64,000 nt of DNA from Betaproteobacteria bacterium (GTDB lineage Bacteria > Pseudomonadota > Gammaproteobacteria > Burkholderiales > SG8-39): positions 911 to 64,910 of the forward strand of contig JBQTJX010000018.1 of assembly GCA_052386675.1 (NCBI GenBank), written 5' to 3'. The translations under genes were made by a program, and so were the position numbers. The notes under the pieces were generated by a model. That model was given only the letters and a program-made list of their open reading frames with translations. It had not been told where the DNA came from and did not search any database. Of the stretch, positions 28,267 through 39,336 are shown piece by piece. Numbering within the stretch: the first letter of the stretch is position 1; each line of letters begins with the position of its first letter.

Positions 28267-28587
28267 TCATTTCGGCGACACGATTTTCAGTCCGGCGATG
28301 CCGGCGACGATGAGCAGGATGCAGCCGATGCGCGCGAGGGTGCGCGGCTCGCCGAACAGCGCCATGCCCAGGATCGCCACGCCCACCGCGCCGATGCCGG
28401 TCCACACCGCGTAACCGGTGCCGATCGGGATGGTGCGCACCGCGAGCGCGAGGAAGTACACGCTCGCGACCATCGCCGCGATCGTGGCCGCGGAAGGCAG
28501 CGGCCGCGTGAAGCCGTCGGTGTACTTCAGGCCGATCGCCCACACCACCTCGAGCGCGCCTGCGAGCAGCAGCCAGGTCCAGGCCAT
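28267..28587 (-). CDS. sugE: SMR-family efflux protein SugE/Gdx (guanidinium / quaternary ammonium exporter)
   Basis: 106 aa: [26 protein letters not shown]...[11 protein letters not shown]... These are the only real codons in the 809-aa track ORF 28267..30696. Confidence 0.9.
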   Translation of the reverse strand: MAWTWLLLAGALEVVWAIGLKYTDGFTRPLPSAATIAAMVASVYFLALAVRTIPIGTGYAVWTGIGAVGVAILGMALFGEPRTLARIGCILLIVAGIAGLKIVSPK

Positions 28588-28607
28588 GGCCTCTCCGTTC
28601 GTGGATA

Positions 28608-29354
28608 TCACAGGAACACGGACCGGCCGCCGTCCACCGCCAGCACCTGGCCGGTGACGAAGGGCGCGGTGGCGAGAAAGTGTACCGCCTGGGCGATCGT
28701 GTCCGGTTCGCCGATGCGCGCGAGCGGCGTGGTGGCGACGATGCGCGCTCGCTCGGCCGGCTCGAACTGCCCGTCCTCGGGCCAGGCGATGGCGCCGGGG
28801 GCAACCGCGTTCACGCGCACCGCGGGCGCGAGCTCCAGCGCGAGCGAGCGCGTCAGCGCCGCCAGGCCCGCCTTGGCGACCGAGTACACCGCGTAGCCCT
28901 TCAGCGGGCGTTCGGCGTGGATGTCCACGAGGTTCACGATGCACCCGGATTGCTTCGCCAGGTGCGGCGCCGCTTCCTGCGCGAGGAACAGCGGCGCGCG
29001 CAGATTCGAGCCCATGAGCTCGTCCCAATGCGTCGATTCGATGCCGCCCACCGCGGTGGGATAGAAGGTGGAAGCGTTGTTCACGAGGATGTCGAGGCGC
29101 GTGAAGTGCGACAGCGCGGCGTCCACCAGGGCGCGCGGCGCGATCGGCGCCAGCAGGTCGGCCTTCACGCGGTGCGCGCTGCGCGGCCGCAATGCATTCA
29201 GTTCCTCTTCCAGCTTCGCCGCGTCGCTTTCCGACCCGCGGTAGTGGATCACCAAGTCCGCCCCGGCCGCGTGCAGCCGGCGCGCGATCACGGCGCCGAC
29301 CCGGCGCGCGGCGCCGGTGACGAGGGCAACCTTCCCCTGGAGATCCGGATTCAT
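28608..29354 (-). CDS. pteridine reductase (SDR family)
   Basis: [34 protein letters not shown]...YSVAKAGL has a TGxxxRxG Rossmann motif and a YxxxK catalytic motif. Confidence 0.8.
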   Translation of the reverse strand: MNPDLQGKVALVTGAARRVGAVIARRLHAAGADLVIHYRGSESDAAKLEEELNALRPRSAHRVKADLLAPIAPRALVDAALSHFTRLDILVNNASTFYPTAVGGIESTHWDELMGSNLRAPLFLAQEAAPHLAKQSGCIVNLVDIHAERPLKGYAVYSVAKAGLAALTRSLALELAPAVRVNAVAPGAIAWPEDGQFEPAERARIVATTPLARIGEPDTIAQAVHFLATAPFVTGQVLAVDGGRSVFL

Positions 29355-29388
29355 CGTAACTATCGAATTCTAGGGTAAATTCCCCCGC

Positions 29389-30528
29389 ATGAAGGCATCC
29401 AGGACGACGGCCCAGGCACTTCCGCTCCCGGATGATGCTGCGCTCGCCGCCAGCCGCCGGCTGCTGGACCGTCTCGCCACGGAACTTGCCGCCAGCGACA
29501 ACTGGATTTCCTTTGCGCGCTACATGGAACTGGTCCTGCACGAGCCGGGCCTGGGCTACTACGCCGCGGGCGCGCGCAAGTTCGGCGCGGGCGGCGATTT
29601 CGTCACCGCGCCGGAGCTCTCGCCGCTGTTCGGCCGTGCGCTGGCGCGGCAGGTCGCGCAGGTCCTGCAGCCGGGCGAGGCGGTGCTCGAGTTCGGCGCC
29701 GGCAGCGGCGCGCTCGCCGGACAGCTGCTGGGCGAACTGGATTGCCCCTACTTCATCCTGGAGACGAGCGCAGACCTGCGCGAGCGGCAGCGGCAGCGCC
29801 TTGGCGAGCGCGTGCAGTGGCTCGATCGCATGCCACAGCGCTTCCGCGGCGTGATGCTCGCCAACGAAGTCGTGGACGCGATGCCGGTACATGCGGTGAC
29901 GTGGCGCGATGACGGGATATTCGAGCGCGGCGTGTGCGCCGACGAAGGCCAGCTCGCCTGGTCGCTGCGGCCGGCCGAAGGCGCCGTACTCGACGCCGCT
30001 CGATCGCTGCCGATCGAACTGCCGGCCTCCGGCGCCTATGAAAGCGAGATCGGCCTCATCGGGCCGACCTGGATCCGGCTGCTGGCGCGCGCGCTGCAGC
30101 GCGGCGCGATCATCATCGCCGACTACGGCTTCCCGTCGCGCGAGTACTACCACCCGCAGCGCTCGACTGGAACGCTGGCCTGCCACTACCGCCATCGCAT
30201 GCACGGCGACCCGTTCTACCTGCCGGGCCTGCAGGACATCACCGCGCACGTGGACTTCGGCGCGCTCGCGCGCGCGGCCGGCGCGGGCGGGCTCGAAGTC
30301 CTCGGCTACGCCAGCCAGGCGCAGTTCCTGGTCAACTGCGGCATCACCGGACTGCTGGAGAAGGAGGATCCGGCGGACACGAAACGCTACCTGCCCGCCG
30401 CCTCCGCGGTGCAGAAGCTCCTCGCGCCCTCCGAGATGGGAGAGCTGTTCAAGTTCCTCGCGCTGGGGCGCGGCATCGCCGCGCCGCTGCTGGGCTTCGC
30501 CAGCGGAGACCGGGCCCATGCGCTTTAG
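29389..30528 (+). CDS. class I SAM-dependent methyltransferase, MidA / NDUFAF7 (DUF185) family
   Basis: [43 protein letters not shown]... is the hallmark of the MidA family. Confidence 0.8.
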   Translation: MKASRTTAQALPLPDDAALAASRRLLDRLATELAASDNWISFARYMELVLHEPGLGYYAAGARKFGAGGDFVTAPELSPLFGRALARQVAQVLQPGEAVLEFGAGSGALAGQLLGELDCPYFILETSADLRERQRQRLGERVQWLDRMPQRFRGVMLANEVVDAMPVHAVTWRDDGIFERGVCADEGQLAWSLRPAEGAVLDAARSLPIELPASGAYESEIGLIGPTWIRLLARALQRGAIIIADYGFPSREYYHPQRSTGTLACHYRHRMHGDPFYLPGLQDITAHVDFGALARAAGAGGLEVLGYASQAQFLVNCGITGLLEKEDPADTKRYLPAASAVQKLLAPSEMGELFKFLALGRGIAAPLLGFASGDRAHAL

Positions 30529-31168
30529 CCTGCTGCTCGTACTGCTTGCCTCCTTCGCTGCGACCGCCGGCGAGATGCAGGCGGTGCGCAAGCGCTGGGC
30601 CGACAGCCCGCACGGGCCGATGCTGGAGCGCATCCTGCCGCCGGGATTCGAGCCCGCGGACCTGCCCGAGCCGAAGTCGCGCGGCGCGCAGCTCACGGCG
30701 CGCTACTGCGTGCAGTGCCACAACCTCGCCAACCCGGCGATGCACCATGCCGAGAAGTGGCCCGCGGTGGTCGAACGCATGGTGCTGCGCATGCAGGGCA
30801 AGGGCAACCTGGGACGGCTGATGGCCGAGATGATGGCGGGCGTCGAAGCGCCTTCGGCGGAAGATGCGAAGGTCCTTGTCGCCTATCTGCAGCGACGGGC
30901 GCAGAAGCCACTCGACCCGAAGAGATACCCCGAGGCATACCGGGCCGAAGGCGACGCGTTCCGCCTTGCCTGCAACCAGTGCCACGTGCTGCCGGACCCG
31001 GCGCGCTACACCGCGCGCGAATGGCCAGCGGTGGTGGCGCGCATGGAGAAGAACATGGAGTGGATGAACCGGGTGGTGGGCACGAAACCGGTCCCGGGCG
31101 AGCCGCAGCTGAAGATCGAGGACATCAACGCGTTCCTCGCGCGGCACGCGCGAAGGCCGCGCGAGTGA
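30518..31168 (+). CDS. exported di-haem c-type cytochrome
   Basis: Signal peptide [18 protein letters not shown] and two CxxCH sites (CVQCH, CNQCH), each followed by a W-P-A-V-V-x-R-M repeat. It overlaps the upstream gene by 11 nt. Confidence 0.75.
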   Translation: MRFSLLLVLLASFAATAGEMQAVRKRWADSPHGPMLERILPPGFEPADLPEPKSRGAQLTARYCVQCHNLANPAMHHAEKWPAVVERMVLRMQGKGNLGRLMAEMMAGVEAPSAEDAKVLVAYLQRRAQKPLDPKRYPEAYRAEGDAFRLACNQCHVLPDPARYTAREWPAVVARMEKNMEWMNRVVGTKPVPGEPQLKIEDINAFLARHARRPRE

Positions 31169-31174
31169 ATCTTC

Positions 31175-32017
31175 CTAGAACGCTTTTTCCTCCAGCCACT
31201 CCAGGAGCGGCCGCGCCGCGGCTTCCCAGCGCGTCTCCAGCATCACCGCGTGGCCGAGGCCCTGCAGTTCCCGGTACTCCGCGCCCAGCATGCGCGCGCT
31301 CGCCTGCACGCTCGAGGCGGGGATGAGGATGTCCTTCTCCGCGCCGAGGCACAGCATGGGCACGCGCAGCAGGCTCCACAACTGCGGCAGCCCCCAGCCC
31401 GACATGTCCATGAGCGCGCGCCGTGACTCGGGCTGCATGCGGCGATGGATGCCCGCCAGGCGCGCCTGCTCCATTGGCCCGGCGAACATCGCCTCGGCGA
31501 GCACCTGCGGCGAGGCGTTGCCGCCGCTGGCCATGCTCTGGATCCCGGCGAACAGCGCCGGCCGGGTCCAGGCGAGCGAGAACGTGGAGGCCAGCAGGCC
31601 GAAGCTGGGCACCGGGCATGCGAACACCGCCGCGGCGCAATCGCCTTCAGCCGCGATCCCAAGGTACTTCTGCGCGACCATGCCGCCCATGGAATGGCCC
31701 ACCAGCACCGGCGGACGCCCGATCGCCGCCACGGCGGCGGCGAGGTCGCGCGCGTAGTCGGCAAGGCCGGACTGGTTCAGCTGTTCGCGCCCGCCGCTTG
31801 CACCGTGGCCGCGCAGCGAGACCGCGTAGGCCGGGAACCCGCGCGAGGCGAACCAGGGCAGGAAGTGCTCTTCCCAGCACCAGGCGCCGACGTGCGCGCC
31901 GTGCACGAAGAGGAGCGGCGCGCGCCTGGCATCCGCAGTCTCCGGGCACCAGAGCAACTCGAGCGGCACATCGCCTTGAACCAGCCGCCGCTCCAGGACG
32001 GCGTTCGCCGCTCCCAT
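31175..32017 (-). CDS. alpha/beta-fold hydrolase
   Basis: LLFVHGAHVGAWCWE..., GHSMGG nucleophile elbow, 280 aa. Its start overlaps the GST stop (TGATG). Confidence 0.8.
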   Translation of the reverse strand: MGAANAVLERRLVQGDVPLELLWCPETADARRAPLLFVHGAHVGAWCWEEHFLPWFASRGFPAYAVSLRGHGASGGREQLNQSGLADYARDLAAAVAAIGRPPVLVGHSMGGMVAQKYLGIAAEGDCAAAVFACPVPSFGLLASTFSLAWTRPALFAGIQSMASGGNASPQVLAEAMFAGPMEQARLAGIHRRMQPESRRALMDMSGWGLPQLWSLLRVPMLCLGAEKDILIPASSVQASARMLGAEYRELQGLGHAVMLETRWEAAARPLLEWLEEKAF

Positions 32018-32643
32018 CAAGCGACGGGCGGGACGGCCATGCCGCGCTGCACCGCCGGACGCAGCGAAATGGCGTCGTACCAGCGCTTCACCGCCGGAAA
32101 GGCGGCCAGGTCCACGCGATGCCATTCGTGGCGCGCGACCCACGGATAGGTGGCGATGTCGGCGATGGAATACTCGTCGGCCAGGTAAGCCGCCTGCTGC
32201 AGGCGCTTGTCCAGGACGCCGTAGAGCCGCTTGGCCTCGGTGCCGTAGCGCTCGCTGCCGTAGGCAATTTCGTCCTTCTTGGCGCGCATGAAATGGTGCG
32301 CCTGGCCGAACATCGGGCCGACGCCGCCCATCTGGAACATCAGCCACTGCAGCGCGATGTACTTGCCGCGGTCGGTCTGCGGCAGGAAACGGCCGCCGGT
32401 CTTGCCCGACAGGTAAACGAGGATGGCGCCGGATTCGAACAGCGGCAGCGGCTTGCCGTCCGGACCCTCGGAATCGACGATCGCCGGGATCCGGTTGTTG
32501 GGATTGATGGCGAGGAACGCGGGCTTGAACTGGTCGCCCTTGCTGATGTCGATGGAATGCACGCGGTAGGGCAGGCCGCATTCCTCCAGCATGATGGAAA
32601 CCTTGCGGCCGTTGGGCGTGGTCCAGGTGTACAGGTCGATCAT
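32017..32643 (-). CDS. glutathione S-transferase (Nu-class, YfcG/YghU-like)
   Basis: MIDLYTWTTPNGRKVSIMLEE...INPNNRIPAIVD...ESGAILVYL. Confidence 0.85.
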   Translation of the reverse strand: MIDLYTWTTPNGRKVSIMLEECGLPYRVHSIDISKGDQFKPAFLAINPNNRIPAIVDSEGPDGKPLPLFESGAILVYLSGKTGGRFLPQTDRGKYIALQWLMFQMGGVGPMFGQAHHFMRAKKDEIAYGSERYGTEAKRLYGVLDKRLQQAAYLADEYSIADIATYPWVARHEWHRVDLAAFPAVKRWYDAISLRPAVQRGMAVPPVA

Positions 32644-32673
32644 CGGGGCTCCAGGGCAGGTGGGCGGCGCAGT

Positions 32674-33777
32674 CTATAGCGCAGCGAGGGCATCCGCTAT
32701 GGCCTTTTCACGCGCCACATCGATGAGGACCGGGATTTGCGACGGGTCGGGCGCGGCCTGCGCCACCGCGCCGCCGTCCACGTCCAGCGCCGCGGCCAGC
32801 GCGCGCTCCAGGCGCAGCGCGATGCGCTGCATCTTCTCCGAGGGATCGGCCGCCTGCGCCACCGACAGCAGCTGCAGGAAGCGGTCGCCGCGGCGCAGCG
32901 CGTCGGAGGATTTCAGGATGCCGAGCAGCGCCCTTGGCTCCGCTTCGGCGGCAGCCTCGATCCGCGCGCGCAGCCGGCAGGCGAGCAGCGCAAGATCGCG
33001 CGCGTCGTTGGGCACGCGGACGCGCTCGCACAGCGCCCGGAGGGCACTTTCCGCCTCGCCACCGCGCATCCAGGCGAGCAGCGCAAAGCGCACGGTCGAG
33101 GAGTAGCGCGCCGCGGCGGCGCGGTGCAGTGCCGCGAGCGCTTCGGGCCCGGGGTCAAGCTCCGGGATCAGCCGCGCGGCGGCGCCGCAGGCGGCGAGCG
33201 CCTCGAACATGCGCTCCGGGTGCGGCTCCGAGAGCCCGCGCTCCAGCTCCTGCCACACGCGCTCGGCCACGAGGTGTTCGACTTCGCCCAGCTCCACCAT
33301 GCGGCGCATCAGCGCCAGGGTCTCGTCGGCGATGCGGAACGGGTAGCGCGCGGAGAATCGCGCCACGCGCAGGATCCGTACCGGGTCTTCCTCGAAGGCG
33401 GCGCTGACGTGGCGCAGGATCCCGGCGCGCAGGTCGCGCTCGCCGCCGTAGGGGTCGACCAGGCGCCCGTCCTCGCCGCGCGCCATGGCATTGATGGTGA
33501 GGTCGCGCCGCGACAGGTCGTCCTCGAGGGTGACGTCGGGCGCGCAATAGACGGTGAAGCCCCTGTAGCCGCGGCCGCTCTTTCGCTCGGTGCGCGCGAG
33601 CGCGTATTCCTCGTGCGTGTCCGGATGCAGGAACACCGGGAAGTCCTTGCCGACCGGGCGGTAGCCCGCGGCGGTCATGTCCTCCGGGGTGGCGCCGACC
33701 ACGACCCAGTCGCGGTCGACCACCGCCTCGCCCAGCAGCTCGTCGCGTACCGCGCCGCCGACGACGTAGGCCTTCAC
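32674..33777 (-). CDS. cca: CCA tRNA nucleotidyltransferase
   Basis: GTG start: (M)[15 protein letters not shown]...RDLTINAMA. The upstream part of the track ORF is Arg-rich junk. Confidence 0.88.
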   Translation of the reverse strand: MKAYVVGGAVRDELLGEAVVDRDWVVVGATPEDMTAAGYRPVGKDFPVFLHPDTHEEYALARTERKSGRGYRGFTVYCAPDVTLEDDLSRRDLTINAMARGEDGRLVDPYGGERDLRAGILRHVSAAFEEDPVRILRVARFSARYPFRIADETLALMRRMVELGEVEHLVAERVWQELERGLSEPHPERMFEALAACGAAARLIPELDPGPEALAALHRAAAARYSSTVRFALLAWMRGGEAESALRALCERVRVPNDARDLALLACRLRARIEAAAEAEPRALLGILKSSDALRRGDRFLQLLSVAQAADPSEKMQRIALRLERALAAALDVDGGAVAQAAPDPSQIPVLIDVAREKAIADALAAL

Positions 33778-33784
33778 CGCGGGG

Positions 33785-34747
33785 TCAGCGACGCGCGCGC
33801 CAGCGCAGGACCGGGTAGCGCTCGCGCGGCCCGGTGGGCGCGAGCCAGCCCGGCGCCGCCGCCTCCAGCGCGGTGGGCGCGATACCAAAGGGCAGCGGAC
33901 TGGCCGTGACGCTGGGTACCCGCATGGAACGCAGGTTGTCGCGCGTGATGAGCGGCCCCGGCAGGCGTTCCATCATCGCCGCCTGCAGCCAGGCCGCGGC
34001 GTCGGGCAGGCCTAGCACCAGGCGCGTGCGACCGGTGACCCGGCACACGTACTTCACGAGATCACTTAGCGCGTATTCCTTCGGCCCGCCGAGGTCGTAG
34101 CGTCCACGCGCTTCCCGGCCCCCGAGCGCGGCGAGGAACGCCGCCACGACATCGCCCACGTACACCGGCTGGAAGCGCGCCTCCGGACAGGCGAGCGGCA
34201 AAACCGGCGACACGGCCGACAGCATCGAGAACAGGTTCAGGAAATGGTCGTCCGGGCCGAAGATCACCGAGGGCCGGAACACGCAGGCAGAGAGATCGTC
34301 GGCGTCCAGCACCGCGCGCTCGCCCACGCCCTTGGAGCGCAGGTACTCCGAGGGCGCCGAGGGCGAGGCGCCCAGCGCGCTCATATGCAGCAGGCGGTGC
34401 ACGCCGGCGTCGCGGCAAGCCGAGACCAGCGCCAGCGGCAGTTCGACGTGCGCGGCGGCGAAATCCGGGCCGTAGTCGTTCGGGCCGCGCTCTCGGCCAC
34501 GGCGGCTGTGCAGCACGCCGGCAAGGTTGACGACGGCGTCGCGCCCGCGCGCGAGGCGCGCCAGGGTGTGCCCGTCGCCCGCGTCGCACTCCAGCACCTC
34601 CACCGTGGGCAGCAGGATCAGGTGCCTGGCGCGCTCGCGCCGCCGCGTGGGAACGGTGACGCGCGCGCCGCGCGTGGCGAGCGCCGCGACCAGGTGGCGG
34701 CCGACGAAGCCGCTGCCGCCGACGACCAGGACATTCGCGTTCTTCAT
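33785..34747 (-). CDS. NAD(P)-binding epimerase-like protein, complex I NDUFA9-subunit family
   Basis: [20 protein letters not shown]... Rossmann N-terminus, 320 aa, with the typical NDUFA9-like layout. Confidence 0.7.
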   Translation of the reverse strand: MKNANVLVVGGSGFVGRHLVAALATRGARVTVPTRRRERARHLILLPTVEVLECDAGDGHTLARLARGRDAVVNLAGVLHSRRGRERGPNDYGPDFAAAHVELPLALVSACRDAGVHRLLHMSALGASPSAPSEYLRSKGVGERAVLDADDLSACVFRPSVIFGPDDHFLNLFSMLSAVSPVLPLACPEARFQPVYVGDVVAAFLAALGGREARGRYDLGGPKEYALSDLVKYVCRVTGRTRLVLGLPDAAAWLQAAMMERLPGPLITRDNLRSMRVPSVTASPLPFGIAPTALEAAAPGWLAPTGPRERYPVLRWRARR

Positions 34748-34780
34748 CCGGACTCCGTTCTATCGAGCCGGAATTATGGA

Positions 34781-36748
34781 CTAGGGCAGGTCTTCATTGA
34801 AGCGGTCCGCGGCGGCCCTGGCCGGGATCATTCCGAGGCGGTCCTTGAGCGGCACGGGCTGGCCGCCGTAGAGCTGGGCGTAGTACATGGTGTTCGCCAT
34901 CACCCGCTTGACGTAGTCCCGGGTCTCGTTGAACGGGATGGACTCGGCGTAGATCGCGCCCTCGAGCGGCTTGGCATCGCGCCAGCGCCGCGCGCGGCCG
35001 GGACCGGCGTTATAGGCGGCCGAGGCGAGCACCGGATGGCCGAGATCCTCCAGCACCATTTTCAGGTAGCGCGTGCCGAGGACCACGTTGGTATCCACCT
35101 CGACGACTCGCGCCGCGCTGTAGTTGAGCCCGATGCGGCTGGCGACCCACCTCGCGGTGGCGGGCATGAGCTGCATCAGGCCCTGCGCCCCGGCGGAGGA
35201 TTTCGCGTTGACGATGAAGCGGCTCTCCTGGCGCACCAGCCCCAGCACCCAGGCCTCCTCGATATCGAACGCGCGCGCTTGCTCGCGGAACACGTCGCGG
35301 TACGGCGCCAGGTAGCGGAAGCGGAAGTTGTGCCGCAGCGCGGTGCGGTCCGCGGTGTTGATGACGCGGTCGTGGATGTCGTTGCGCCGCGCCAGCTCCG
35401 CGGCCGCCAGCAACTGCGAGTCGTCCATGGCGCGGATGGTGAAGAACCACTCGCGCGTGCCTTCGGTGCGCAGTCCCAGGCGATACAGTTCCAGCGCGCG
35501 CACGAGGCCCGGGTTGCGCGCCGCCAGCGCCACTTCGTCCGCGGAGGCGACATGGAACGGCTCCGGCGGGGCCGGGATGAAGCCCAATTCCTCGGCGGCG
35601 AGCAGGCCGTAGAAAACCGGCTGTCCGGAAATGCGCGTGTAATACGCGCGCGCACCCTCGGCGTTGCCCTGCGCGCCGAGGGCGCGGCCGTACCAGTAGC
35701 TCCAGGCCGGATCCTGCCGCGCCGCCACCGACATCGGGTCGATGGCGTCGCGCACCGCCTGCCAGTCCGCTGCGCGCAGCGCGGCGCGCGCCTTCCACGC
35801 GAGTTGCTCGTCGGACATCCCGGCATCGCCCGCCTGCTTGAACCAGGCGAGGCCCTCGGGCTGGAGGCGGCGCGACGCCTCGTAGCCGATGCGGCCCCAC
35901 AGGTAGCGCCGGTCGGCATCCGGCAAGCGTGCGCCGCTTCGCCCCCGCAGCGCCTCCGCCGCAGCCTGCGGGTCGTTGCGCGCGAGGCGCGCGAAGGCGA
36001 ACAGCACCATCTCGCGCACCGCGCGGCGCTCCAGCGCCCGAGGCGGGCTGGCGAGGAACTTCTGCGGCGCGCTGGCCGCCTGCGACAGCAGCCGCTCGTC
36101 GGGCGCCTCGCCAGCGGGCAGGTGCGCGAACGCGCGCCGGGCCGCGCCCATCTGCCCGTTCTCCAGCAGCAATCGCAGGCGCTCCCAGACCACGTCGGGG
36201 CCGGCCTCGCCGGCGTCCACCTTGCGGCCAGCGAGCGCCGCGCAGCCTTCGGGCAGGTCCTTTGGCTCGCGCCAGATTACGCGCGCTTCCTCGAATGCGC
36301 TGGTGTCGCCGCGCTCCAGCCTGGCGATCCAGCCGTAGCAGCGGATCTCGAGGTCGTCGTTCACGAGGGGCCCCCGCTCGCGCTCGAACGTCTGCCAGTC
36401 GCCGCTTCGACCGAGCAACTTCAGCCAGTCCGCGCGCAGGCGGTCGGCGAGGTAGCTGCCCTCCTGCGCGCGCAGGTAGGACTGGATGTCGGCCTGCGAC
36501 ATGTCCTCGAGCCGCAGCTTCAGGCGCCAATACTCGAGGTACGGCGCCAGCACGTGCCGCTCCATTCCGGCCGAGGCTCGCGCCAGTTTCACCGCGTCGC
36601 CGGCGCGGAACGCGGCGTGCGCGGCTAACATGGCGTCATCCGGCGAGGCGGTTTTCGCCGCGCGCTTGGCTTGCGCGAAGCCCGACGCGGCAAAGCCGGC
36701 GAGCAGCGCCAGAGTCAGCATGCGAACCAGTAAACGCCTAAAAATCAT
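34781..36748 (-). CDS. slt: soluble lytic murein transglycosylase (Slt70-type)
   Basis: Signal peptide MIFRRLLVRMLTLALLAGFAASGFAQA (ATG 36748; the track ORF begins at GTG 36763). Superhelical N-domain and catalytic GLVRQESRF...GLMQLMPATA...YNAGPG. Confidence 0.88.
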   Translation of the reverse strand: MIFRRLLVRMLTLALLAGFAASGFAQAKRAAKTASPDDAMLAAHAAFRAGDAVKLARASAGMERHVLAPYLEYWRLKLRLEDMSQADIQSYLRAQEGSYLADRLRADWLKLLGRSGDWQTFERERGPLVNDDLEIRCYGWIARLERGDTSAFEEARVIWREPKDLPEGCAALAGRKVDAGEAGPDVVWERLRLLLENGQMGAARRAFAHLPAGEAPDERLLSQAASAPQKFLASPPRALERRAVREMVLFAFARLARNDPQAAAEALRGRSGARLPDADRRYLWGRIGYEASRRLQPEGLAWFKQAGDAGMSDEQLAWKARAALRAADWQAVRDAIDPMSVAARQDPAWSYWYGRALGAQGNAEGARAYYTRISGQPVFYGLLAAEELGFIPAPPEPFHVASADEVALAARNPGLVRALELYRLGLRTEGTREWFFTIRAMDDSQLLAAAELARRNDIHDRVINTADRTALRHNFRFRYLAPYRDVFREQARAFDIEEAWVLGLVRQESRFIVNAKSSAGAQGLMQLMPATARWVASRIGLNYSAARVVEVDTNVVLGTRYLKMVLEDLGHPVLASAAYNAGPGRARRWRDAKPLEGAIYAESIPFNETRDYVKRVMANTMYYAQLYGGQPVPLKDRLGMIPARAAADRFNEDLP

Positions 36749-36768
36749 GGAGTAAGCATACACCCCGC

Positions 36769-37458
36769 ATGCATGGAAAAGAACTGATCGAGTGGCGCAA
36801 GTCGGAGCGGCGGCGCCTCATCGCGGCGCGCGAAGCGCTCGATGCGTCGACGCTGGAGCACTTGCGTCAGAGGATAGACGCGGCACTGGAGCGATCGTTC
36901 CCCGGGCTCGCCGCCGCCAAGCTCGCCTTCTGCTGGCCGATCCGGGGTGAATACGATCCAAGGCACCTTGCAAGAACGCTTCGCGCGCGTGGTGCGTTGA
37001 CCGCGCTGCCGGTCGTGGTCGCACCCAGGCAGCCGCTTGTTTTCCGCGAATGGCATCCGGGCGTTGAACTGGCCATGGGCCCTCTTGACATCCCCTATCC
37101 GAAGTCATCGCCTGAACTCGTGCCCAACGCCGTGCTGCTGCCCATGAACGGCTGGGACCAGGCCGGCTTTCGCCTGGGCTACGGCGGCGGCTTCTTCGAC
37201 CGGACGCTGGCAGGCTTGAAGAAGAGGCCGGCGGTGATCGGCATCAGCTACGAGCTCGGACGCATGGACACCATCCATCCCCAGGCATGGGACATCCCCG
37301 TGGACTGGGTGGTGACCGAGCGCGGCGTGTACCGCCGCGATCCGGAGGGACTGGCGTTCCTCGGCGCGCCGATCGAAGGCGAACCGAGTGCGCTCGCCTC
37401 CCCGGTCTGCTACGCAGGCGAGATGGCGCCCGGGTATTTTGGCGAAATCCGGCGGTGA
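36769..37458 (+). CDS. 5-formyltetrahydrofolate cyclo-ligase
   Basis: [25 protein letters not shown] is the MTHFS signature. 229 aa. Confidence 0.8.
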   Translation: MHGKELIEWRKSERRRLIAAREALDASTLEHLRQRIDAALERSFPGLAAAKLAFCWPIRGEYDPRHLARTLRARGALTALPVVVAPRQPLVFREWHPGVELAMGPLDIPYPKSSPELVPNAVLLPMNGWDQAGFRLGYGGGFFDRTLAGLKKRPAVIGISYELGRMDTIHPQAWDIPVDWVVTERGVYRRDPEGLAFLGAPIEGEPSALASPVCYAGEMAPGYFGEIRR

Positions 37459-39257
37459 ACGATCGAACTGGGGACCGGGCCCTCGGGCTCCTGAACACGG
37501 TCTTCGGCTTTCCCGCCTTCCGCGGCGCCCAGGAGGAGATCGTGCGCCACGTCGCCGGCGGCGGCGATGCGCTGGTGCTCATGCCCACCGGCGGCGGCAA
37601 GTCGCTGTGCTACCAGCTGCCCGCGCTGCTGCGCCCGGGCACGGCGGTGGTGATCTCGCCGCTCATCGCCCTCATGCAGGACCAGGTGGCGGCGCTCCGT
37701 CAGCTGGGCGTGCGCGCCGCGTTCCTGAATTCCACGCTGGACGGACGCGAGGCGAACGCCGTCGAGCGCGCGCTGCGCGCAGGCGAACTGGACCTGGTCT
37801 ACGTCGCCCCCGAGCGCCTCACCATGCCGCGCATGCTGGAGCTGCTGGACGAATCGCAACTGGCGCTGTTTGCCATCGACGAGGCGCACTGCGTTTCGCA
37901 ATGGGGCCACGACTTCCGCCCGGAGTACCTGCAGCTGTCGCTGCTGCACGAGCGCTTCCCGGCGGTGCCTCGCATCGCGCTCACGGCCACTGCCGACCCG
38001 CAGACGCGCGCCGAGATCGTGCGCCGCCTGGCGCTGGCGGATGCGCGCGTCTTCCTCTCCAGCTTCGACCGGCCCAACATCCGCTACACCATCGTGGACA
38101 AGCAGGACGCGCGCGCGCAACTGCTCGCCTTCGTGCGCGAGGAGCATCCGGGCGAGGCAGGCATCGTGTACTGCCTGTCGCGGAAGAAGGTGGACGAGAC
38201 CGCGGCCTGGCTCGCCGGCCAGGGCTTGCACGCGCTGCCTTACCACGCCGGCATGGACGCGGCGGCGCGCTCCGCCAACCAGGAGCGCTTCCAGCGCGAG
38301 GACAGCGTGGTCATGGTCGCCACCATCGCTTTCGGCATGGGCATCGACAAGCCCGACGTGCGCTTCGTCGCGCACCTGGACCTGCCCAAGAGCATCGAGG
38401 GCTACTACCAGGAGACTGGCCGCGCCGGCCGCGACGGCCTGCCCGCGAACGCCTGGATGGCCTACGGCCTGGCGGACGTTGTGCAGTTGCGCCGCATGAT
38501 CGAGCAGGGCGAGGGAAACGAGGATTTCCGGCGCGTTTCGTTCGCCAAGCTGGATGCGCTGCTGGGCCTGTGCGAGACCGCGGGCTGCAGGCGCGTGCGC
38601 CTGCTCTCCTATTTCGGCGAGGCGAGCGAGCCTTGCGGAAATTGCGACACCTGCCTCGAGCCGCCGCAGACCTGGGACGCGACCGAGGCCGCGAGGAAGG
38701 CCTTGTCGTGCATCTACCGCACCGGGCAGCGCTTCGGCGCGGTGCACCTGATGGACGTGCTGCGCGGCAGGGCCACCGACCGCGTCACGCAGTGGAACCA
38801 CGACCAGTTGAACGTGTTCGGCGCCGGGGCGGACCTCGACGAGGCGACCTGGCGCACGGTGTTCCGCCAGCTGGTGGCGCTGGGCTATGCGCAGCCGGAC
38901 CATGATGCCTACGGCGGACTGCGCCTGACCGAGGCCGCGCGCGCTGTGCTCAAGGGCGAGCAGGCGGTGGAAATGCGGCGCGCCATGCCCGGGAAAGTCC
39001 GCAAGGCGAGAATGCGCGCGACGGTGACAGCGCTCCCGGGCGCGGACGCGGACCTGCTCGCGCGCCTGAAAGCGTGGCGCAGCGGCGAAGCGCGCGCGCA
39101 AGGCGTGCCGCCCTACGTGGTGTTCCACGACCGCACGCTGGCCGAGATTGCCGCGGCGCGGCCCGTGAGCCTGGATGCGCTGGCCGGGATCGCCGGCATC
39201 GGCGCGAAGAAACTGGAGCGCTACGGGCCGGCGCTGCTGGACCTGCTGCGCGGCTGA
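37455..39257 (+). CDS. recQ: ATP-dependent DNA helicase RecQ
   Basis: GTG start overlapping the upstream stop (GTGA). [41 protein letters not shown], Zn-binding CGNCDTC, HRDC tail. Confidence 0.95.
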   Translation: MNDRTGDRALGLLNTVFGFPAFRGAQEEIVRHVAGGGDALVLMPTGGGKSLCYQLPALLRPGTAVVISPLIALMQDQVAALRQLGVRAAFLNSTLDGREANAVERALRAGELDLVYVAPERLTMPRMLELLDESQLALFAIDEAHCVSQWGHDFRPEYLQLSLLHERFPAVPRIALTATADPQTRAEIVRRLALADARVFLSSFDRPNIRYTIVDKQDARAQLLAFVREEHPGEAGIVYCLSRKKVDETAAWLAGQGLHALPYHAGMDAAARSANQERFQREDSVVMVATIAFGMGIDKPDVRFVAHLDLPKSIEGYYQETGRAGRDGLPANAWMAYGLADVVQLRRMIEQGEGNEDFRRVSFAKLDALLGLCETAGCRRVRLLSYFGEASEPCGNCDTCLEPPQTWDATEAARKALSCIYRTGQRFGAVHLMDVLRGRATDRVTQWNHDQLNVFGAGADLDEATWRTVFRQLVALGYAQPDHDAYGGLRLTEAARAVLKGEQAVEMRRAMPGKVRKARMRATVTALPGADADLLARLKAWRSGEARAQGVPPYVVFHDRTLAEIAAARPVSLDALAGIAGIGAKKLERYGPALLDLLRG

Positions 39258-39336
39258 CGGCCTGGCGCGGCGGCGATTGACCTGCATCAAGACGCGCCCT
39301 CCCAACGGCACGACACTTCGCTTCGTGGATACCTTG

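Noticed and set aside
28588-28607. Guanidine riboswitch (ykkC, mini-ykkC or guanidine-III) upstream of sugE
   Set aside because: Only 20 nt separate sugE from the upstream pteridine reductase stop. That is too short for any guanidine riboswitch class, and I saw no ACGR-loop hairpins.
28267-30696. 809-aa minus-strand ORF
   Set aside because: Only its last 106 codons (sugE) are credible. Upstream it runs in alternate frames through the pteridine reductase gene and antisense through the MidA gene.
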